Shown piece after piece: positions 1 to 7,371 of a stretch of DNA of 14,754 nt. This DNA is from Octopus sinensis (lineage: Eukaryota): the NCBI RefSeq assembly GCF_006345805.1, contig NW_021825620.1:1-14754 (forward strand). The letters are read 5' to 3'. Under the pieces are notes generated by a model. The model was not told the DNA's origin. It saw only the letters and a program-made list of their open reading frames with translations, and made no database searches. Position numbers and translations under genes: made by a program. Within the stretch, counting starts at the first letter, position 1. Every line of letters begins with the position of its first letter.

Positions 1-661
1 TCACTCAAAAATATGATATAGACAATAGAGAATGAGATTAGGGGTTCTTTTTGTGCTCAAAGAAGAGAAATTATACAGTGCAGAATATAAAAGTTCATAA
101 AAAAAGAGATAAAAATAAAAAATATAATAAAACAAGATCAATAAATGAATTAAATAAATAAATAAAATGATGCAAAAAATCGAAATAATAAAACTACCTG
201 AACGCAATTTCCAATTAGTTTCACGTTATTATATTCCTAAAGTTTATTATTGTCTTGTAATTTATAATCTACGCGTATTTATATAATTTTCATATAATTC
301 CAGATTCATTTTATTTTTTAATATATTATACGATTATCATATCATTTTGTTTTTTCATATTTTATTTTCATTTTTAATCACTATTTATGCTGACCTGTTT
401 TATTTCGTGATTTAGTGAATTTCAGTGATGGTCACTTCTTTCTCCATTATCCTCTTCCCATTATTTGTGATTCTATACCCACTACCACCACGCTATCAAA
501 CACATGTACGCTGATAAAAGTAATTTTGTTGATAATGCCCCAGACTAAACTGTGTTGAATCACCATTTTGTACTATCTCTCCTTTTAATTTGATTTAGAT
601 TATGTGCGATAGTATCAATGATGTATATGCTGTATCACTGATTCTCCCGGAGAATTGTATG

Positions 662-883
662 TACAAGAAGGTGCTGAAAAGTTCCTGGCTTTAATGATAT
701 CGCGAAAGGTCTGGCTGGTGACCCAACCTTCCCAGTTCTTTTACAGGGCCTAGGAAAACTGAAGGATCTCTAAAATGAGTATATGAATCTGAGAGGGGAA
801 TACTTTGACTAAAATCATAATTAACTGATCCTCCTGTATTCTCTTTTACCCAAAGCCATAACTTTTCAGCCCCCACCATCGTA
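662..883 (+). mobile_element. Mariner (Tc1/mariner) non-autonomous deletion derivative, 218 bp between TA dinucleotides
   Basis: TA(662-663)+CAAGAAGGTGCTGAAAAGTTCCTGGCTTT(664-692) is an imperfect inverted repeat of AAAGCCATAACTTTTCAGCCCCCACCATCG(852-881)+TA(882-883). Internal 738-812 reads LLQGLGKLKDL*NEYMNLRGEYFD*, matching the mariner transposase C-terminus pattern (F.QG..KL..RW.KC..L.GEY.E*). Confidence 0.88.
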
Positions 884-889
884 TATATG

Positions 890-1403
890 TACTTTTTTTA
901 TGGAGAGCGGACGGAAGAGGAAAAATAATGCTTAAACCACGGAAGCGATTTAAGGATGTTATAAACGGTAATCTTAGAGCTTTTGAAATAAATGTGCATA
1001 ACTGGAAGCCATTGGCTGAAAATCTTGCATCCTGGACAAAGGTTGTCTGGAACAGATGTGATGTCCATGTGTGAAAGGAGTGGAGCACTCTACTCTAAAG
1101 TATTGATTCCGTATACAGGACACAAGTAAGGTTCCGGCAGATGTCCAGCTGGAATTGAAGCGCAATTTGTGTGGACAATTTCTGCTCTCAAGAGCTGGAT
1201 TAGTCAACTACCTAAACTCACACGAACCAGAGAGATGGTTCTGCTACTGCATCATCCGCAGCATGTTTGTGGTGGGTGCGACTTAATTTACAAGTCAGTT
1301 GTTAGCCTGATCAGGAATAGTAAAATGAGGCCACAACTCGGTAGGAGATTTCAGGAAGCAGTTCAAGTGTTACATTGGTGATCGTCTTTGCTGAAGAGCC
1401 ACC
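890..1403 (+). mobile_element. RTE-clade (BovB-like) LINE 3' fragment, frameshifted, with ORF C-terminus and 3' end
   Basis: FFYGE (~893-907), then KPRKRFKDVINGNLRAFEINVHNWKPLAENLASWTKVVW (934-1050), the typical RTE post-RT segment (LLYGEL..G.R..GRP.KRFKD.LK..L....I....W..LA.DR..W). Decayed C2H2-like fingers follow at 1161-1223 and 1268-1330, then a terminal stem-loop plus GCCACC at 1385-1403. Confidence 0.85.
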
Positions 1404-1440
1404 TGCGTGAAAACAGTCGTGCAAAATTCAATGAGATAGT

Positions 1441-1469
1441 ATATGTATGTATGTATATATGTATGTATG

Positions 1470-1501
<32 letters not shown>

Positions 1502-1581
1502 TGTATGTATGCATGCATGCATGTATGTGTGTATGTATGTATGTATGTATGCATGCATGCATGCATGTATGTATATATGTA

Positions 1582-1616
<35 letters not shown>
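1441..1616. repeat. (ATGT)n microsatellite with ATGC/AT interruptions; probable 3' tail or target of the adjacent RLE LINE
   Basis: Directly visible tetranucleotide array abutting the LINE 3'UTR at 1617. Confidence 0.95.
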
Positions 1617-1747
1617 CATTATTCAGCTTTATTTCAAGATTTCATTCCAATAGAGAAAGAACCGGTTTCTAACCTAGATCCAAGGCTTCTTCATTGGAAT
1701 TTCAACATCAACAACAGGGTATGTATGTATTTATGTATGTATGTATG

Positions 1748-1779
<32 letters not shown>

Positions 1780-2086
1780 TGTATGTATGTATGTATGTTT
1801 TATGTATGTATTCTCATGCATATAGTTGCATACCTAGACATGACTGTATATATTTAAGTAATAAACTTGTGGAAAGTTTTACAGATTTTTACAGTTCCAG
1901 TGATGGATTGGATCTGTAAACCTTCGAATTAGGTTTTTCCTTTCTGGTTTTGAGAAGCCTAATTTCTCAAGACATGTTACATATCCCAGGGCCCCAATAA
2001 TTACAGGTATAAGCCTGAACTTGTAATCTGGATAAACTGTAGATTTCTCAATAGTTCAGCATAGGTGTTCTCTTTTTCACTGATCT
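1617..2086 (-). mobile_element. R4/Dong-type non-LTR retrotransposon 3' end (restriction-like endonuclease C-terminus plus 3'UTR), 5'-truncated
   Basis: Minus strand with two frameshifts: ISEKENTYAELLRNLQ / YPDYKFRLIPVIIGALGYVTCLEKLGFSKPERKNLIRR / LQIQSITGTVKICKTFHKFIT* (stop 1854-1856). The K..Y..L...L and PVIIGALG motifs are hallmarks of the RLE domain end. 1617-1853 is read as 3'UTR containing an internal (ATGT)n at 1719-1810. Confidence 0.88.
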
Positions 2087-2421
2087 ATAATGTATGTAGG
2101 CATGTGTGTGTGTATGTGCGTGTCTATTTGTGTGTGTATACATGTGCATGTGTGTAGGTATGTATGCATGTATGGATGTGTATGTATGTATGCATGTACG
2201 TATGTATGTACATATGTATGTAAAACTTACTTGGAAAAGGATGCGTGATGTTCGATCATATAATAATATAAATAATATATAAATATATGCATATACACAT
2301 ACATATATGTAAATACCTATATATATATGTGTATATATAAATGCATATATGGGTACAGGACATAAAAAAACGTTGAACACAATGAGAAACGAAAACAAAA
2401 ACAAAAACATAGAAAACTAAC

Positions 2422-2559
2422 TTTTTTCGAAAAACGAAAGAAACAGTGAAAAAAAGGGGTGCAACATAAAGAACACTCCCCTTCTTCAGTTGTCCCTGTT
2501 TCATCTTCTCCGCGTTTTCGAAAGAAAGGACAATACGCGACTTCGTTGAAAGAGTCCTT
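2422..2559 (-). CDS. Candidate internal exon of an unidentified gene (138 nt, phase 0-0)
   Basis: Acceptor ttttatttaatttgttttgcAG| (AG 2561-2560), donor |GTTAGT (2421-2416), purine-rich GAAGA-containing body, open reading KDSFNEVAYCPFFRKRGEDETGTTEEGECSLCCTPFFHCFFRFSKK. The protein is not recognised, so it may be a chance match. Confidence 0.25.
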
Positions 2560-2618
2560 CTGCAAAACAAATTAAATAAAATTTGGTATATTTTGCGGAG
2601 GGTGAAAGTGGTATCCAT

Positions 2619-2754
2619 ATTATCTCGTAGCTTTGAAATTTCGATTTATTTTTGGAATAACGTTGTAGAGGAGAGAGGCCAGATCTGGCCAGTATAAACA
2701 TAAAACAGATAGAATATTTGGTCTTGATGTGGCCGAATTAAATGCTAAAGTGTT
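2619..2754 (-). mobile_element. Fragment of a piggyBac-like (TTAA / CCCTTTAGCATT-terminated) non-autonomous element, one decayed terminus
   Basis: Minus strand reads AACACTTTAGCATTTAATTCGGCCACATC...AATATTCTATCTGTTTTATGTTTATACTGGCCAGATCTGGCCTCT...TCGAAATTTCAAAGCTACGAGATAAT. This resembles a high-copy octopus repeat I recall starting TTAACCCTTTAGCATT (recollection, unverified). No second terminus is visible. Confidence 0.55.
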
Positions 2755-2756
2755 CG

Positions 2757-2987
2757 TGGACCGACTGTCACTTGAAGACTACTAAGGTGCAGGCAAGAAG
2801 AAAATTCTTGGAGAAGTGGAGAAAGGGTGAAAATGAGAGTTAGTGGTCGGTTACTGGCAATCGCGGACTCAACTCCGCATGTGGGCTTTGCCACTCGTCC
2901 TCTTGATCTTCGAACACGAAGTCCTGCCACCATCATCATCATCATCATCATCATCATCCTCATTATCGTCGTCGTCGTCGTCATCAT
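2757..2987 (+). mobile_element. Second, highly decayed RTE-type LINE 3' end with (ATC)n/(GTC)n tail
   Basis: ARRK...(C)GRL..NRGLNS remnants across frames, a perfect hairpin CTTCG-AACA-CGAAG (2908-2921), GCCACC (2926-2931), then a trinucleotide tail (2932-2987). Confidence 0.5.
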
Positions 2988-3182
2988 CTACGAAACGTAA
3001 ACGAGTGTGATTATATTCGCTGCATTGCAGCAAACGTGGTCATGATTTGGTAAATGTTGGGTTCGAATAAGAAGAAAACAGATCAAAGCAACAAATATGC
3101 TGTTCCTTAATCTTAAACACTATAAAGGGAATATCTAAATTCATAATCTATAAATTTGAAAATTTTACCTTGTTATGAATTA

Positions 3183-3185
<3 letters not shown>

Positions 3186-3230
<45 letters not shown>

Positions 3231-3249
3231 CCTCTCTCCTCTCCTCTCT

Positions 3250-3287
<38 letters not shown>
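3186..3287. repeat. (CT)n microsatellite
   Basis: Directly visible. Confidence 0.97.
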
Positions 3288-3288
<1 letters not shown>

Positions 3289-3339
3289 CTTTTTTATTGC
3301 TTACCTTATGGGAAAATATTCAGAATAAGCTAAGCTAGG

Positions 3340-4050
3340 TGAGGTCACTCCATTTCAAATTAAACTCATGAGAATATTTGAACTCATTATCGTAGCTAGC
3401 ATAAGTGATTCTACGGCAAATGCACACGAAATAGAGATTGGGCGTAGGCATAGCTATGCAGTTAAGAAACACGCTTTGCATCCACGTGTTTTGGGGTTCA
3501 GTTTCGTTGCATGGTACTTGGGCAAGTAACGTGTGGTGGGGTTTGAGGTATTGTCCGTTCGAGATAAGATCTACAGGCACCAAAGTAACGGCTGCCAGGC
3601 CTGTCCGAATTGTGCTCCACGCACTCGTTGGGAGTTCAGGCTTTGTGACCTTGTCAGACACTTGCTGTCACGTAGAAGACGAACGCATCTATTAGTAGAA
3701 CTCGTGGTGGAGAATATCCCATTGCTGGTCTTTGGTCGGGAAGGACAAACAGTCTTTGTCCGGTGGTTCTGGTGAAAGAGTTTTTTGTGGTGGACGAAAT
3801 TCAAATGCCTGAAGGTAACTTTCCTCTTTGGCCAAACTCTCATTAATTTTTCAATTGAAAAGAGCAGTGAGGGTGGAGAGGTATGTGTTGCTTTGCAGCA
3901 AGCTTGTCAAAACGTGAGTGAGAATGGCAGACATAATACCAGGGAACGGGTCCGCTCTAGCGTGCGCCTGCAGATTGAGGGAGAAAGACGGAACATGGCA
4001 CTTGCCCTGGATGTCAGGCTGAGTATAGTTTTGAGGAGTTTCCATAAGCC
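3340..4050 (-). mobile_element. Very old Penelope-like element (PLE) RT relic, tentative
   Basis: GC-richer island. Stitching minus-strand frames gives PLE RT motifs in the correct order: LWKLLKTILSLT, HVLTSL..N/HIPL (3876-3916, cf. DV.SLFTNIPL), YLQAFEF/TTKNSF, AMG (3717-3725) followed by LLIDAFVFY, and VDL/ISRTDN (3550-3568, cf. FLD..ISR). Many stops and frameshifts. Confidence 0.45.
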
Positions 4051-4121
4051 TTTTTCTTTAAATTTTTGTTTCTTTGGGAAATTTCCTTTCTGTTATTTTC
4101 ACATTTTACCTGCCTTCATAT

Positions 4122-4355
4122 CTATTTCTTTTCTATCCACAAGGGGCTAAATACAGAGGGGACAAACAAGGACAGACAAACGGATTAAGTCGATTAGATC
4201 GACCCCAGTGCGTAACTGGTACTTTATTTATCGACCCCGAAAGGATGAAAGGCAAAATCGACCACGGCGGAATTTGAACTCAGAACGTAACAGCAGACGA
4301 AATACGGCTACGCATTTCGCCCGGCGTGCTAACGTTTCTGGCAGCTCGCCGCCTT
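4122..4355 (-). mobile_element. Full-length tRNA-derived SINE with Meta/MESC-like central domain
   Basis: Minus-strand head AAGGCGGCGAGCTGCCAGAAACGTTAGC, B box GAGTTCAAATTCC (4281-4269), central TTGCCTTTCATCCTTTCGGGGTCGATAAATAAAGTACCAG (~4216-4255), then a family-specific tail. Confidence 0.9.
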
Positions 4356-4434
4356 CATATAACTATCATCCAGTACCGTTCTCCCTGTGTAAAACCCGTT
4401 GTGGCTAATATAGAAATCAATTTTTGTCATTACA

Positions 4435-4590
4435 AGTATATATACGTGTATGTATATATATGTATGCATGCATATATGCATGTATGTATGTATGTATGTG
4501 CGTGTGTGTTTGCGTGTATGTATGTGTGTATGTGTGTATGTAAGCATGTACGTATGTATGTATGCAAATATGTGTGTGTATATCTATGTA
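4435..4590. repeat. Degenerate (GT)/(ATGT)n microsatellite
   Basis: Directly visible. Confidence 0.9.
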
Positions 4591-4898
4591 TGCATAAATC
4601 TCTCAATTTATTTCTTTTGTTTCAAGAACTTATTTTTCATTCGAATTCTGCGAGACTTTTATTGGCAATTTGCTGTTTCTCTCCTACATTCGCACTTGTA
4701 TTTTAGCAAATCATAAAATCCTTTTAAATGTACATTCATTGCAAAAAATATTAAAAAATAAAATCGGCTGCGCATATATATTTTTTCGATTTACTTCAGT
4801 TACCATCAACAAGCAGTCTGTCGTTTAAATTCTTTTTTTATATATATATGAAATGACATATATAAACGTAGGCACTTTTAGAAAATAAAAAAGGGAAG

Positions 4899-4994
4899 TG
4901 GTGTGTGTGTGTGTGTGTGTGGTGTGTATGTGTGTGTGTGTTGTGTGGCGTGTGTTGTGTGTGTGGTGTGTGTGTGTGTTGTGTGTGTGTGTGT
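4899..4994. repeat. (GT)n microsatellite
   Basis: Directly visible. Confidence 0.95.
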
Positions 4995-5084
4995 ATATAT
5001 ATAAAGAGAAAGAAAGATATTATGAATATAGATAGCTTATATATAGGATACACACACCCACGTGCAGATATATAACTATATTAT

Positions 5085-5116
<32 letters not shown>

Positions 5117-5117
5117 A

Positions 5118-5285
5118 GGCGCAGGTGGTGGCTGTATATGGCAAGAAACTTGCTTCCAAGTCACATGGCTCCAGGTTCAGTCCCGACGCGTGGCACCTTG
5201 GGCAAGTGTCTTTTACTCTAGCCTCAGACCGAGCTAAGCCTTCTGAGTGGATTTGGTAGACGGAAACAGAAAGAAGCCCGTCGTA
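5118..5285 (+). mobile_element. tRNA-derived SINE 5' half (same family as 14445-14754)
   Basis: GGCGCAGGTGGTGGCTGTATATGG head, B box GGTTCAGTCCC (5174-5184), then GCGTGGCACCTTGGGCAAGTGTCT...GAGTGGATTTGGTAGACGGAAACAGAAAGAAGCCCGTCGTA. Aligns by eye to the 14445 copy. Confidence 0.92.
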
Positions 5286-5295
5286 TTCTTATATC

Positions 5296-5353
5296 TGTTT
5301 CAGTCATTCAACTGAGGCCCTTCTGAGGCACTGCCTTTTGTCGAACAAATCGA
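5296..5353 (-). mobile_element. 3' terminal fragment of the same SINE family, opposite orientation
   Basis: Reverse complement TCGATTTGTTCGACAAAAGGCAGTGCCTCAGAAGGGCCTCAGTTGAATGACTGAAACA resembles the family 3' end as I recall it (TCGATTTGCTCGACTAAAGGCGGTGCTCCAGCATGGCCGCAGTCAAATGACTGAAAC). Confidence 0.7.
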
Positions 5354-5354
5354 G

Positions 5355-6330
5355 TCAGAGAGAGATGAATTAGGTTAGTAAAGGTGTCTTGGTTGAACGC
5401 AATGTAACAGATAATGTCGGAGTCGATATCCTTGTTAGTTTAGAGCGACTGAAGTTACACTGATAAGGCATGCATAGGTGCATCGCTCTGTGCCAAGAAG
5501 AGAGGAAAGGAATAGTTTTTGTGGAGATTTATGTATTGTGTAATGGTATTTAAATGAAGATTAGGGCAACGAAAACAGAAAATTCTTCATGAGTATATTG
5601 CTTAAATAATCATCGTTGTTGACGCGTGAAGAAAAGGCGATTCTGCTGAATTAATGGAGATCTTGTCCACAAGGAACCAAAATATCAACTGCTGTTTGAA
5701 GTTGCGAGAGAATCTTTTGTGGTTTGAAAAGCAGTCTTGCAGGATTTGTGTTGCTGGGGAAGAGATTGGAAAAGGTGAAGTGATACATTTCCAAAGCTTT
5801 GAAGTCTATCTTTCTTGCAGCACAGCTCTGAGTGAAGCACGTGGGAGTTTTAGATTGAAAGCTTTCTTTTAGCTTATGAGGATTAGGGTCGTGCCTAAGA
5901 AGGTTGCGTTAGTTGCTCATCTAGCTAATTCTTATGATGGAAGTCTGATGTACATCCATCACCAGAGATCGATGCCATAGAAAGTATAGAGCTCAGATCA
6001 GTCAACCGAGCTGAAGTGACATTAAAGTCCGGGAGATGATGATGCGTCGGGTATTATGCTCTTGTCGGGTGGCTTTTCGCGACAATCAAGTGTCCGGACG
6101 AGCGAGCAGATGCAAAGACAACTGTGGACTTGCAGGGATTAGTCTATTAGAGATGAGAAGGTGTTTAGGGATGAGTGGAATGTCCCTGCTGATTAGGGAT
6201 GCATGGAAAGAGAAAAAACTAATTCATGTAGTGTAAATTTTATGAGCGAACGAGAAATGTTTTTTGTTGGTAAGTATTTCAAAAGGCTTATATCGATGAA
6301 AATGACTATTCTATTGGTGCCTCAAGTCTG
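5355..6330 (-). mobile_element. Penelope-like element ORF relic (N-terminal region through RT motif A), about 1 kb
   Basis: One minus frame with scattered stops reads ...SRDIPLIPKHLLISNRL...LLRHDPNPHKLKE (5868-5897)...SNLFPSNTNPARLLFKPQKI (PARLLF ~5726-5743; cf. PLE L.P....PARLY.LPK.HK)...ILVPCGQDLH. A second frame reads LSV*LQSL*TNKDID (5434-5451; cf. S.DV.SLYTNIP). Confidence 0.7.
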
Positions 6331-6390
6331 CGTGTTGTCAACAATCAATAAATGTCCCTAAATTTGGTTTTTATCTTTTGGGTATAATTA

Positions 6391-6399
6391 CTCTCTTTC

Positions 6400-6472
<73 letters not shown>
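6391..6472. repeat. (CT)n microsatellite
   Basis: Directly visible. Confidence 0.97.
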
Positions 6473-6474
<2 letters not shown>

Positions 6475-6570
6475 AATGTTATTCACCTCAATTATTTCTG
6501 GGCTATAATAGATTATGTTTTCACCTATATCATTAGTGCCAATGTATCTTTCCATATATTATATATATAT

Positions 6571-6576
6571 GTGTGT

Positions 6577-6619
<43 letters not shown>

Positions 6620-6728
6620 ATGTGTGTGTGTGTATGTGCGTGTGTGTGTGCGTGTGTGTGTGCGTGTGTGTGTGTGTCAGTGTGTGTGTATGTGTGTGTG
6701 TATATGTGTGTGTGTGTTTGTATATCTA

Positions 6729-6771
<43 letters not shown>

Positions 6772-7080
6772 ACAAAAACACTACACACATTTACACAAAA
6801 AATTTGCACACACACATACACACACACACACACACAACTTTCAAACACACATATATATTCAGAGAGAGAACGAGCGAAAGGTAGATTTACATATTTACAA
6901 ATAGATACACATCCTTCTATCCGTGCATGTGTATATGCATGTATATATTACGTATGCATGTATGTATGTTTACACACACACACACACACACATATACTAA
7001 CATACATACATACATATATATATATATAAGCAGTGTGTATATGCGTTTGTGCGTGTGTGTGTGTATGTGTGTATGCATAC
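6571..7080. repeat. Compound microsatellite block: (GT)n 6571-6720, (TA)n 6729-6770, (CA)n 6783-6850, then further CA/AT/GT runs
   Basis: Directly visible. Confidence 0.95.
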
Positions 7081-7371
7081 ATTTCAATACATGTAAATAA
7101 TGCCAGCCTTTAATTTCTGTCATAAATAGCTATTAATTCAGCTATTAATTTTTTTTATATGGCAATATTGATGTCTAATTAGTGGTAAGTACCCGGGCAA
7201 TGACCTGGCAGAGGAAAAGAATCACTTTACATTATTCAGTCGTGTCTAAATATCTTTGAATTTTTTGAATTCAAATCGGCACTGATGATGCTGTTCTCCT
7301 TTCATCTGTTTTGTATCATAAAACAGATATCACAGTTGTGTGTGTGGAAGTGGGTGTGGCTGGGTAGGTGT

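Noticed and set aside
1-207. 68-aa hydrophobic ORF at the window start
   Set aside because: It is the antisense of an A-rich low-complexity tract; the F/L/I/Y bias is compositional.
426-519. Plus-strand AG/GT-bounded 94-nt segment (DGHFFLHYPLPIICDSIPTTTTLSNTCTLIK)
   Set aside because: Only one frame is open, the peptide is unrecognisable, and such pairs of sites are expected by chance in AT-rich DNA.
1386-1425. Hammerhead ribozyme look-alike TTTG-CTGAAGA-GCCACCTGCGT-GAAAAC-AGTC-GTG-CAAA
   Set aside because: Stem II is not properly closed, there is an extra A after GAAA, and the cleavage-site base is G. CTGAAGAGCCACC is better explained as the RTE 3' terminal motif. An Infernal scan would settle it.
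1363-1919. ORFs rich in MYVC/HTYI
   Set aside because: Translations of (ATGT)n; the only complex part is the LINE 3'UTR.
2850-2987. Minus-strand acceptor (tttcgtAG, 2989-2988) followed by a poly-Asp reading DDDDDDDDNEDDD...GGRTSCSK
   Set aside because: The poly-Asp is the antisense of the (ATC)n RTE tail, and the frame stops without a good donor.
6515-7123. VCVC/HTHT ORFs, and likewise those at 4326-4716, 10704-11181, 11281-11688 and 11903-12884
   Set aside because: Dinucleotide and tetranucleotide repeat translations.
7264-7328. 12-bp palindrome TTTGAATTCAAA and 9-bp hairpin ATCTGTTTT/AAAACAGAT next to a CTGATGA
   Set aside because: Short AT-rich stems are expected by chance, and there is no GAAA hammerhead core or snoRNA partner box.
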